A stretch of DNA of 64,000 bases from the human T2T-CHM13v2.0 reference genome, Homo sapiens: the NCBI RefSeq assembly GCF_009914755.1, contig NC_060930.1. One strand, 5' to 3'. The translations under genes were made by a program, and so were the position numbers. The first letter of the stretch is position 1, and the number at the start of each line of letters is the position of its first letter. The notes under the pieces are model-generated. The model had not been told where the DNA came from and searched no databases. It saw nothing but the letters and a program-made list of their open reading frames with translations. Below, one piece after another: positions 1-14,621 of the stretch.

Positions 1-689
1 CCAATATGTTTGGAATGAATCATTGTCTTGTGCTGACTTTAGTGCTCCTTCCTTGATTTATTACTTGGAATTCATTGCTGCCTAGTAAATAAGCTTCTGG
101 GTTCTTAATTAAATAGGAGTATCTAGGTTCTGATAGAGGTGAACTATAAGCCTAATTTATGTCTGTTTTAACTCCTTAGTGGAACTTTTGGCTTATCTTG
201 ATGTATTTTCTGGTACTCGAAGTTGCCAAACAGATGATCTTCTGTGCTTGATTTATTGGGGGCACTTGCTGAGTACTTTATATGTGCCTATATTATGTAT
301 ATGCAGTGTTCTATGTGTAAGCACATAGCACATGTCTCCGGGGATCTTATAACTTAGATGAAGAGACACAGAAGTAGACTGTAAGAGAATAATTAAATGT
401 TGATTCATAAAGCATTGACCTACAGCTACATTAGTAGTTGTAGGAAAAGATCCATGTGGGCTGAAGCAGGATAAAAAGAATTCAAGTAGAAGGTGAAATT
501 GGAATTGGTTTTGAAGAGGTAGTTAAGATTTTGATAAGCCTCAAGGTGAAGACATAACATTCTAAGCAAGGGCAGTAGTGTAGTAAGCAAAGAAAGGAAA
601 GTGTGGGTTGAACATGTTCAGACAGGCCTGCCCAGATTCCTAAGGGTGTGGGGACTGCTGGGAAATAGAAGCAGGTGAATTTAATAGAG

Positions 690-1255
690 TAGTTTTAATC
701 TGCAAGACCCTGAAGGGATCCAGGGATACAATTTAGAGGGCTGCATGCATTTAGATAAAAAAAAAAAAAGTGACATCTTTATATTTTTATGAACTTTGAA
801 CTGAAATTTAGCATTTCCTTTTAATAAGATTTTAAGCGGCAGACTACAGTAATATTAGCAGTACGTATATCTTTTATTACTAATAGAAAAAGCACAGATA
901 TTTTCAGATTACAGCTGTTGATATCTCTATAATTTATGCATATTACTACTTCAGAATTATGGTTTTTATTAGACTCCCACTAGATTTTATTGTATTATTA
1001 CTAAAGAAGCATATGTATGAATATATCACATACAAGGTTTTTAAAAACACTTGATAACTGTTTCGGTATAATTGGTTTTCTTAGTAATGTATATTTTATT
1101 TTATGCATTTAAAACCATATTTTCAAAAACAATTAACTATATTTTAGTAAAACTGGCTTTCTTTATAATCCTAGATATTGTATTTTATGCATTTAAAACC
1201 ACTCTGAGGGGGACTCTGTAGCTTTCTCCAGACTGCCAGAGGGATTCATGACCCC
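690..1255. mobile_element. hAT-Charlie DNA transposon relic (Charlie4-like)
   Basis: Motifs ctgaaatttagcatttcctt, ttttatgcatttaaaa and ccagactgcca..ggg.ttcatg typical of this family; assigned by eye. Confidence 0.6.
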
Positions 1256-1868
1256 CGATCTAGTGGAACCAAACTGGAGAAGGCATTGAAAAACCACACT
1301 GAGGGGTTTTAGCTGAAGTGATAAGCAGGAAAGGAGCCTTGCCAATTTTGTTCATTTGTTTGTTTTGTTTCAGTTACAGAATAGATGTGTTAACATAGAA
1401 AATTTCAAAGTTTCAACCAGTTTAGAAAAAAGGGTCAAACTCTTCTTAGCTCACAATTGTAGATAAACTGTTTAAAAAAATAACAGAAACTCATCTTGTA
1501 ATACCACAGTCACTATCCTTCCTCTTTTATTATTTATCTGTTTCAGTTTATTAAATTCCTCTGCAATTGAGTGAAATATTTAAAGTGGTTATATAGGAAA
1601 CTTTCTTAATCTCTTATACTATACTTACACAGAGGGTGGGAAGACTGGCAGGGAGCTAAGCAGTGGGTCTGGTCATTTATATGTTGGATGATAGGGATAG
1701 GGTGGTAAGCAGTTAGAGATAGAGTAAAATTGCAGGAGATATTGGAAAGAAAAAATAATAGAACTTGGTGGTATGGGAGCTGAGATGCATGGAGTCAGGT
1801 AAGAGAGAGTATCAGGAAGAAAGTTAAGTATAGGGTGCCTAAATTAGGATTCCTAGAATAATATTATA

Positions 1869-2194
1869 CAGGTCCACAATGCTTTATCTGAAACCCTGAG
1901 GCCAGCTGTGTTTTGGGATTCAAACATTTTTGGATTTGGGAAAGGTAACGTGTATATTGTATATTACATAACTCTCCCAGCAAGGTCTGAGGTATCATCC
2001 TGTAACTAGACACTAGTATCTCTGCAGTGAAGGTGAAAATATTCACAGTAAGTGGGCTAAATCAAGCCTGTAAATAACCTTACATCGGTTCAACTCAGAT
2101 TTTTGCCACCACCAAATGAGTTTCCATATGAAGCTTCGTGGAAAAATCTTGTCCTGACATTTTATTTCAGAACTATGGAAGTAATTGTGGACTG
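1869..2194. mobile_element. MER46C-like Tigger DNA transposon
   Basis: Terminal inverted repeats TA|caggtccacaat ... attgtggactg|TA with TA target sites. Confidence 0.75.
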
Positions 2195-2881
2195 TATTGA
2201 CTGTAATAACCATTGAGGAGAGTCTTAGAAGTTGTATTTTAAGGAATGTTAATTACAAAATGGATGCGATTTCAAGGAGTTGGGTAAAGGTAAAGAAAGA
2301 GAAGAGAGAAGAGTTAAGGTAACTTCACTTTGCAGGCTGAAAAGAAATTGCTATTTCTGACAAAAATGGAAAGTTGAGGAGGGAAACTAGTATTGGAAGA
2401 GTTTAAGTTTAAACATAAGTACAATTAAGATGAAACAACATATTTTTGCTTCACATGAAAGCTTGGAAGTTGTTGGAGTGTAAAATTTCCTTTTAAAATG
2501 AAACCTAGAAGGAGCTTAACAGCAACCTACAAGGAGCCTAACAGACTGATGTTGATTGAGATCTTAGTGTTTCTGAATTGATAACAGAAATTATCGATTG
2601 GAAAGGTGTGCCTAAATAAGTGAAGGTTGTGATCCTACTCATGGAACCAAACCTGGAAAACAGAATAAAAGGGGTAGAGTGAGATAATTCACCTTGTAGC
2701 AGGATTCTTTTCTGTATGGTTGAATCATTCCTATGGCTATATTTATTATAACGTGAATATATTTAGAGTAGTAATTGTTCAGCAGCAATGGGAGCTGCCA
2801 TGTGCCAGGCACTGTTTTAAGTGCTGTAGCAAGCAGTCCGTGCTGTTTCTGTCTTTTGGACTGGGTCAGGACATCAACTCA

Positions 2882-3238
<357 letters not shown>

Positions 3239-3424
3239 CTAAGATATAATTAATGCATAAATATGTAGGATTAAGTAGGTTTTAACTTTTTTGTCTGCCA
3301 TTCTGTAATTTTTAAATCCACTTTAATAAATGGACTCATACATTGACACTGTCATATAAGTAAACTCTCTTAGAAATAGGGATAAGTGTTTTTTAACAGG
3401 AAAGAAGCACGGCCCAATAATTAA

Positions 3425-3732
<308 letters not shown>

Positions 3733-6525
3733 TAATTACTCTTGAAATTTGTTTAATTGCTCTGTTCATATTTACTGTATATAAATGTAGGCATTTACTT
3801 TACGATTCATAAGTAATAATGCTAATTTTTTGTGTTAAACTTTTATTCAGATTCTACTGACATATTATTTGAACTTTATGTTTTTCTTCTATTAAATAAG
3901 GGTGTTGGACTAGATAATCTATAAGGCTCCTTTCAACATCAGATCTATGATTCGGAATCTTTTAAGTTTCATCAAGTAGAATAAAAAGCTTAAACTACAA
4001 TTTAAAGGAGATTCTCCTTAGATTATGCTGTGAGTGTAAATAAGATGCCAGAGGAACAAGTGAGAGAATGAATGTTATAACTTTACACCTACATCCTTTT
4101 GGCTAACATTAATAAGAGGCATAGAAATAAGAATTCTAAGAAACTAGAATGCAGAGTGTTGACCGGAAAAGAAGTTTTCAGAAAGAAAATTATTAGTAAC
4201 GTCAAGCTAGTACAATAAAGAAGGAACCTTGGACATGAGGTTAGACAGCTACAGATACATTTCTGGTTTTAACTCTGCTGCTTATTGGAGTTTCGATGAG
4301 TAAATATTACTTAATATGTTTTTTTAAAAGAGTAAAAGCAAGTTCATTATAATTTGTAAATAACGTTGTATACCTGGAAAAGCCAAGAGAATCAACTGAA
4401 ATATTACTATAAGTAATGAGATTTCAGTATGATGACTAGTTAAAAAATTTAAAAAAGTGGTTTATCTGAAGTGGTTTTTTTATTTGATGGTCTTTAAACT
4501 GAAAGCCTATTCATATGAGTTACTGAATGGAAATCCTCAAACTTAAATACCCTTTCCCCTTCTTTCTGAGGAATGCAGTAATTCAGTCTTATCATCTAAG
4601 TTTTAGTATATTTTGAATAAGACACTTCCATGTTAACTTTTTAAAACTTTTAAAATGAAGTTGTGGCAGAGAATACACTTAAAACAACTATAAGGAAATC
4701 ATTTTTTAAAATTCCTTGTGGCTTGTGATACTTGCTCTATTACTTGGTAATTTTAGAGAGGGTGTAATCTGATCTTTGAGCCATATTTGGTAAATAATAA
4801 TTTTGTGTGGAACCCACTGTTCTATCAGTAAGAGGAAAATTATTGCCCATATATAAGGCTTTTCTTTGCCCTTAAAACATTTCCTAACTTAAGGACCAAA
4901 TTATATCATGCATTGATTGCTTTTATGTTTTTTTAAAAAGGATTATACCGGATCTATATATAACTTTTTAACAAGAGATGTGTTGACAGAAGTATTTTAT
5001 ACTTTACTTGGAAAGAGAATTACATGTCTTCTTGTTTACTACTAATTCTTTTTATATCCTAAATATAAATTGTTATATTTTTATTTATCATCAGCTCTCA
5101 AAATTGACCTCTCTCATATACTCAATTTGTGGCTATTCTGGAAGATAATCAGTTACATGTCTTAGAATGTGATTATAGTTGAATTATTTAAACCGAAAGC
5201 CTGCTACCTAGTTGTTGCTTTAGCATTTGTGAAAATGAAAACTTAAGTATACCCACATGTTTAGAACAAGAAAATGTGTTACATTCTTTAATAATGCAGA
5301 AAAATATATTGAATGCCTATATGTGCCACACTGTTAAGTGCTTTACATACACTTTAGCTAAATCTCATGGACAGTACAGCAGGGTGGGTAGTGATATTCC
5401 ATTTAATAAAAGAGATTTCTGCAGTTTAATTTCAAAGCCATACTGAAATCAGATCTGAACTTAGACTTCTCTCTCACAGAATTCCTTGTCCTGCAATGTG
5501 CCATCACAATAGATGGAAAATTTACATTTTTCACAAAAACTACTTTTACTCTGTTTTGCTGTTTATATTGCTAGTTACTGGAAATGCAGGGAATTCAGTT
5601 TTTGGATCTTCGTCTTCACTACTTTTTTTTGTCCTATTACAGTTTTCACAACATCTATGATAATTTGAGAGCAGCAGAAAATTCTATTTATTTTGACTCC
5701 TGTGGGATTAGTTTCTTAGGGAAATGCCTAAGGGTACCAGCCTACCAAGCATAAGGACATCATTTCCAGGTTTTAATAATCAAAATAGTACAACATTCTA
5801 CTATTCATAATATCCTATTATTTCTGTAACCTTCGTAGTTGCAAGTTTGTTTTTGGTTTTTGTTTTATATGGCCCTAACAAAAATTTAAAAAAAAAAAAA
5901 TCATTGAATCTATTTTGGTAATGGAAAAAAAGATTTTCCAGTGTGGTTAAGAACCACATCTTATGAGCTGTTCTTTGCCTCCCTCTTTAAGAATTACCAA
6001 GTATTTTTAAAAATTGGAACTTAACATTCAATTCATTGCTTGGATATATCTAAAGCATTTCTTAAGAAACCCCTGGGAATTGATCATAGGAAATTAGGGG
6101 AGCGTTTAGAAGATGATTGGAAATACGATAGTGAAAGGGAAGAGAAAAATGACCTGAAAATGAGGACTTTACATTTCCAATTTTGGATTTTGTTGTTGTT
6201 TTTCTCTTTCTGTTAGAGTTACTCTGTGGTCTCCTGTTGGACAGTCTGTTGCTAAAAGCCATTAGAGATTTCATAAAAACTACTGTTTTGAGTTGCTGGA
6301 ACTGAGATTCCAGAATAGTGTTGGGTAGGTTAAAAGAATGGCTTAACCAAAGTAAACAGCATCCTTTGGTTACTTGCAATTTAAGAGACCCATTTTCCCT
6401 TCAGAATATTTTATGTGAGAGACTTTGGGGACTACCTTACTGCTATTACATCTCATAATGTTATCTGGTCACATTTCTTGTTCTGCCTACCTCTAGTTTA
6501 CTCTAGTTTCTCTTCTGCTTTCAAG

Positions 6526-6674
6526 GCTCCAGACCCAGTTCCTGGACCTGCCCTGGAAAAGAAGTATCCCGTAGAGATGAGCTCACTGCAGTTACTTAAT
6601 TAACAATTTGTAAGCTGCAAAAATGGCAATGGGCCAACCAAGAACAGCTACAATTTGAATTTTTCTATTTCCAG
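6526..6674 (+). other. TAB2: Probable alternative non-coding 5'UTR exon of TAB2 (149 nt)
   Basis: Unique sequence with a long pyrimidine tract and acceptor (tttctcttctgctttcaag|G) and donor CAG|gtatgc. Typical internal exon size. Inferred from splice signals only. Confidence 0.55.
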
Positions 6675-7123
6675 GTATGCTAAAGTCCATGGCACCAGTC
6701 AAGCTTAGCCTGTGTAACTGCCTTATTATTAAATCTATAGTAACTAAAACTTGACTTTCAAAACTTATAGTCATCTTGCTTTAAAGTATAGTAACACTAA
6801 CATCTAGGTAACATGCAGCTAGTATTGAGTTTAACATACCTTTTGCCTGAATATTTCTAATTTAACTTGTTTGCTAGTAGTAGCAAACTAATGCAAAAAC
6901 ATAAGAAAAATAAATGTGAAATGCTATTGAGTGAAGCCGTATAAACATACCAAAAAAAATTGAAAAACAAACATCAACAACAACAAAACTGCCTTTCTTT
7001 AAAAGGTTTACATTGAGTACAAGCAGTATAGGGAATTCAGTTAATGAAACTACTTCCCTCTTCCTGAGATCCTCAACTATTCTACCCTACTAATGCCTTT
7101 ACCTAAAAAGTTGATATATTCAT

Positions 7124-7326
7124 ACATGGCGAAACCCCGCCTCCACTAAAAATGCAAAAAATTAGGCAGGCTTGGTGGCGTGCACCTGTAGTCCCAGCTG
7201 CTTGGGAGCCTGAAGCACGAGAATCACTTGAACTGAGGGAGTCGGAGGTTGCAGTGAACTGAGATTGCACCACTGCACTCCAGCCTGAGCAACAGAGTGA
7301 GACTCCGTCTCAAAAAAAAAAAAAAA
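7124..7326 (+). mobile_element. 5'-truncated AluS
   Basis: Starts mid left arm, has A-tail; TSD-like gttgatatattc / gttaatatattc. Confidence 0.92.
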
Positions 7327-9247
7327 GGTTAATATATTCTTCAGTAATTGGAAATTAGACATATTATTTCTGGATAGAACCGAGCAATGTATTATATAGT
7401 ACTTTACCTGAAGAATTTAGTTATATTTTTAAACTAAGTGTATAACTAATATTTGCTAATATTTTACTTGATTACCCAAAAGAAACCAGCCAAGGAAGTT
7501 ACAAATAGTCAGAGTCATCCTGGAGTGTAACAGCAAAACCAAAAACTGAGGTTTCCTAATGCCTTAGATTTTAACCAAGAGAAAGCTACTCATGAATGGT
7601 TAGAGGGCCAAGATCAATTAGCTTTTAAGGATATTTATTCCTTTTACCAATATATATAGATGTAGAAACAGAATTAATCCCTGAAAGATGAGTTTATTTA
7701 CTAAATGGGTAGATAATCATACATGTCTTTTGATTTTAGTTCAGTTTATCTAGGTTAGAGATTACCGAAAACTGAAGAGGAATTTTGTATCCCAATTGTG
7801 AATTTAAAAGGCAATCCTAATATTCTAGCATGTGCTTAACTCCTTCCTTACATCCCTTCCTGCAGTATTAATGCATAATGAATTTAATGTCTGGCAATTT
7901 AGTCAGCATTAGGTCACTGATTATGTGCCACATTATTTGTTTGGTGTTTAAAGAATTATGTGTCACTGAGTGTTGAATTAGAGCTGGAAAGGGAGCTACT
8001 AGTTAGGGTCATTACCACTGTTAGGTGAATTGAAGTAGAAATTGAAGAAGGAATTACATATGAATATCAAGTCTTAGTTATTTTCAGTGGTGCTATTAAT
8101 GGTGAAATTTTTCTCCATTATTCAATGTAAATAGACACAGCTGGGATGTAGAAATCAATAAACCTTGTTTTAGTGAGCTTACAGACAAGTAATATGAAAG
8201 TATCGTAATAGAGATGCATACAACATACTTAAGAGTACTGGAGAGAATCAGCTTTGTGGAGAAGGTAATGTTTCTGCTGAACCATGAAGGATAAATAGAA
8301 TTCTTTAGAGAAAGCAGCAAGAGTATTTCTAAGTTATGGAGATGAAAGTATTTAATATATTATAGAAATTGTGAGCAGTCCAGTGTGCATAGAGAATAGT
8401 TGGATAGGGAGGGGTGTGATGGGAGATGGAGCTATGTCATGTTTTTTTGAATGTCAGATGAAGGAGTTTGGACTTTAATAGGCAATGGGAATCCGTTGAA
8501 GATTTCTCAGAACTGGTATGTGTTAAGTCAGTGAATCTTTTGAAAAGCTGACTACTGTAGAGTGAGGGTTGAATTGATGAAGTTAGAGGTTAGGCAGTAG
8601 TAATGCCTAATAAGGGACATTTACTCTGTCAGGCATTGTGTAAAGAGTTTTACCTGCAGTTTCTCACTTAATCCTCACTACTGGAATATTGTAAAAAGTA
8701 ACTGAAATAATACATGTTTAAGGCATTTAGCACAGGACTTGGCTCATAGTAAGTGTAGAACCAAAGTGATTATACTCTAGGCTCAGAGAAAACAGCGTGT
8801 CTTGTCCACCTTTGTATATGATAGTACAATAACTTTCCATAAAGGTATTGTGTTTATTGGGAGACTCTTATATTTAATAGTAACAATAAGCCTACTTCTT
8901 TTTCTACCACCCCTTACCTCTTTCCTTTAATTAATTAAACCATCTCATTGGTAGATGTGTAATACTTAGTCAGTTTGAGTGCTTGCATAATAAATAGTTC
9001 ACCTTGAGTTAGCCTTTAGGTAAAAAAAAAAGTCACCTGGCTTCTTTGTTTTAACCAAGGATTACAAATTATGACACTAAGCTTAGACATGGTTAATCAT
9101 GGATGGACCTACATATATAAATTCATAAGTAACATTTAAGTTAGAAAGTAACTGTAAATCTCATCTATCAAGCATCCTGATAATTGGTCAGTGCTGCAGC
9201 TGTAAACTGCACATCCATAACAGTTTCAGCATAGACAACACAGGCTT

Positions 9248-9302
9248 TGAGTTATTTGAAGGTACCTGTGGTTGGCTAATACAGGTACCTTCAAATAACT
9301 CA
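9248..9302. repeat. Perfect 22-bp inverted repeat with 11-nt spacer
   Basis: tgagttatttgaaggtacctgt - ggttggctaat - acaggtaccttcaaataactca. Confidence 0.97.
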
Positions 9303-10288
9303 TTCTGTTCTATTCTTACTCTAACTACATATCAGAATACAAGTAATGTTATAGAGAAATATATAAGGAATAACTTTATAGTAATGCATGAATATGTGTT
9401 ATTATAAAAATTGGGACAGATGACTAAACCTCCTTGGAATACCTTCCATCCATGTGTCCTTCTACTCAGCCCCCTCTCCAGAATAATTAGTGTGTGTATA
9501 CTTTCAGAATCTTTCCTATACAATCATATAAAAATATCTGTTTAAAATACATCTATTTTCAGCATCATAGGAAAGGACAAAACATTTTTTAAAAGCTTTT
9601 TAATATAATGCATCTTTTGTGTGTCTTTATTTTTACACAAAAGGTGTTATACATGGAATCTGCATCTTGATTTTTTTTCAATCAATAAGGTCTTATAGGT
9701 CCATATAATTATTTGGATATATTTGTCCATATAATTATTTGGACATCATATTCCACTAAACAACAACAACAAAAAGCTGCATGGTGTTCCTTAGTGTGGC
9801 TATGCAATAATGTATTTATTTATTCCTCCTAGTTGGCCATTGAGGTTGTTTTTAGAAGCACACACTGGGATGACCATTCTTGTTTACACCACTTTAAACA
9901 CGTGTGTTTTTTCTAGATTAGATGCTTTAATTCATATAGCTGGATAGATGAGGAGAGGGAGGAAGGGGTGGATGGGTGGATGGATAGATGGATAGAAAGC
10001 TAGAACTCTGATACTTTATTAGTAGTAGCAAATATCCATGTACACTTTGTCTAACTTGTGAACTTATCATACTCCTAGTGCTATTGTGCACACGCCCACG
10101 CATGCACGCATGCACACACACACACCCCTCTCCCTTAGCAGCTGGCCAGGAGTCCACTATGGGAAAAAGTCAGCTGAGGGCTATGACATTAGAAAGAAAA
10201 TGAGCAGAGTTATATGAGATGAACAGGAAGAATCATGGGACCAAGTAAGGCATTGAAACTGCATGGGGATCAGATCAGTTGGTGAAAC

Positions 10289-10623
<335 letters not shown>

Positions 10624-11949
10624 TAAGGTGCCATTTTAAATTAATATTTAACCAACTTATTAAAATTTCTACACATCATTCAGTGAATTGGTTTGTTATA
10701 AATGTTTATGGTTGGTGTAAGATGAAAATTGGTTCCTTCAAGTGCTTTTATTCTCTTTTCTCCTCTTTCCCTTTTACCCATAAATAGGAACTTATTATCA
10801 TACTTAGCTCCTGTTTTCTTTTATAGATGATATTTATGCACAGGATAGATTATCCAAAAATTAGAGTGAAAGAGGGCAGTGAACAATAATGTATTGCAAA
10901 ATAATAATGAGGTATGAATTATAAAATGCACAAAAGGTAGTTATATAATATGTTTTGATGAAGTATAACCATTCCGTCTTAGATTTATTGCACTTTTCTT
11001 GATCCTTAGAAAATGTAGTACCTACCACAAAACCACAGTACATAAATTGCCAAGTGTGGCCGACTTGCACATTCCTTTTAGAAGAACTTATAACTGGTAA
11101 GCCTGTTAACCATCAGAAATTGTCAGCATTCATGGCCTTGAGGCAGTGCATTAAATGACAAAATGGGAAATTTTCTCTTTAAGAGGAAGTAGTGTGGATT
11201 ATTATGCTACTTTATTAATGTTTATTGTTATTCTTTAGAAAGTAAATTATTGTAGGCTTATAAAATTAAGAAATCTAGTTTTTAGTAACATAATCATTTG
11301 CTCCCTTTAAATTTTAAATCACTCTAAATCTGAACATAATAGCTAACTTAAAATAAGTAGCATTTGGATTACATTATTTTTGCAGATAACTGATTATCTG
11401 TGTGAAATGATTTAGTATTATAAATGTTTTGTGATAAAGTTTATGGTAAAGATTGATTATAGTTACCTCATTTTTATCTTAAATGGAGTTTAAGTAAAGT
11501 TTGCTTTGCCTTGATAGAATTGTAACATCATGCTCCAAGAAATATAATTCCAATAATTTACTATAAAAAGTAAATTTTAAAACTTTATGTTAAATTAACA
11601 TTTATAAATTCTTTTAAAGTTAATTAAATCTGAAGTGCACCAAGTATTAGCTAACTGGTATATGATATGATACTTGTATAATATGTCAATAATGTAAAAG
11701 GTATTTAAATAGTGTATGTACTTAGGTAATATGATTCTTATTTTATGTTTAATTTTGAAATGTTCATTGAGGTCAAAAGGTTTTAAAATTTGCTTTAATT
11801 TAAAAAATTATAGCATCATCCAGCTATTCTGACTGCATTATCAACACTTCTTTCTGTGGTAAAGGTACTGTTTAAGAGTAATTCATGGCAGTGTGATAAT
11901 GCCAGCCAATTCACAGAAGAGAGAAATTGTAATTAGTAATAAGAATGTG

Positions 11950-12289
<340 letters not shown>

Positions 12290-12520
12290 TTAGCATCATA
12301 TTGACAACTAAATAGATAGGTCGAAACGTTCTGCCGTCCCATTTGGCATCCTGGAGAGGTTAATGTTAATAGTCAGTGGTTGAGCCAGAGGCATGTTCCT
12401 AAATATCACCATGCTATGCAAAGTCACACAAAAAAACACACAGGGCTTATGGGAAAAAAAAAAGGAATTATGGCTGTAACACTTGGAAACATCACCTGTG
12501 AACATTAAAAAAAAAGATAA

Positions 12521-12825
12521 GGCCGGGCGCAGTGGCTCATGCTTGTAATACCAACACTTTGGAAGGACGAGGCAGGTAGATCACCTGAGGTCAGGAGTTC
12601 GAGACCAGCCTAGCCAACATGATGAAACCCCGTCTCTACTAAAAATACAAAAAAATTAGCCGGGGGTGGTGGCAGGCACCTGTAATCCCAGCTTACTCAG
12701 GAGGCTAAGGCAGGAGAATTGCTTCAATCCGGGAGGCGGAGGTTGCAGTGAGCCGAGATCGCACCGTTGCACTCCAGCCTGGGCAACAAGAGCAAAACTC
12801 CATCTCAAAAAATTAAAAAAAAAAA
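12521..12825 (+). mobile_element. AluSq/Sp-like
   Basis: Full dimer; TSD aaagataa. Confidence 0.95.
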
Positions 12826-12977
12826 TCTTAAAGATAATTTTATTCATGTTAAATAAATTAAGAAATATGTAAATACTACAATGAATATTGTACTTTTTCC
12901 TCAATGAGACCTAAAGTTTGCTTATGGAAGGGAGCACAGGAAGAATTGCAGCTTGTGAGTTATTGTAAAGTAGTCAA

Positions 12978-13344
<367 letters not shown>

Positions 13345-13715
13345 TTAAGCTGAGATAGCTGGTAAGTGTTTCAGGTGTGTTCCTGTTTACTTTTTGTATA
13401 TTCATATGCTGCTTGTTTTAGCTCAATACAGCTTTCTGTGTTCACCTAGTGTTTCTTACAAATGAAATTACAGCAAAATTGACTTAATGTTCAAATTGTT
13501 CTCTCATATCAATTGTGATGGAACATATTTACATTTTCAAAACAGATATAGCAGCACTGACATATCTGAGGTTAAGGGAAACGCTTGAGTTTGGGGAGAT
13601 AGATAACCACTTTTTAGAGTAGTCTTTAAAAGCTGTATGTATTCTGATGTTTATTTAGAGAGTTATGGCAACAAATATTTACTGAGCATCCACTTGACAT
13701 ACACTAAGTAGTTAG

Positions 13716-14071
<356 letters not shown>

Positions 14072-14457
14072 GGAATTAATATTTCTCATGTGAAGAATTT
14101 TCTTTGTGAGCAGGGCTTGTTTTTAAGAGGTAAATAGGATTGACTGGGAGAAGAGGAAGTCTAACAAGGAGACGACTGGGCAACAAGGCATTTTTCAGAT
14201 CTCTTAAATTATACTTTTATGAGATAACTTCCTAGAATTCTGTCCAATTCAGGATTTTATGATTTACAGAAAAAATTATTACCGCTAATGGCTACTTTGG
14301 AAACTGGAATTTGCTTTTAGCGTATGTTGAAATGGAAAAATCTTCTCTTACATTCTTGTACACAAGCTAAGGAAGAATCCTAGGGCGGTTGAGAAGTGAA
14401 CTTTATGTATTTCTTCCTACTACTGTTTGATATTCGGCATGAACCATATTTTATGTC

Positions 14458-14621
14458 TTTTTTTTTTTTTTTTTTTTTTTTTTAAGAGCTCAGTCACCCA
14501 GGCTGGAGTGCAGTGGCACAATCATAGCTCACTACATCCTTGAACTCCTGGGCTCAATGGATCCTCCTTCTTTAGCCTCCTGAGTAGCTGGGACTACAGG
14601 CATGTGCCACCATGCCCAGCT
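14458..14621 (-). mobile_element. AluJ right arm / FRAM-like monomer
   Basis: Poly-T followed by a single Alu arm. Confidence 0.88.

Noticed and set aside
10640-11900. Very AT-rich, apparently repeat-poor stretch with many TAAT motifs (possible enhancer)
   Set aside because: Motif density is explained by base composition; needs conservation or chromatin data.
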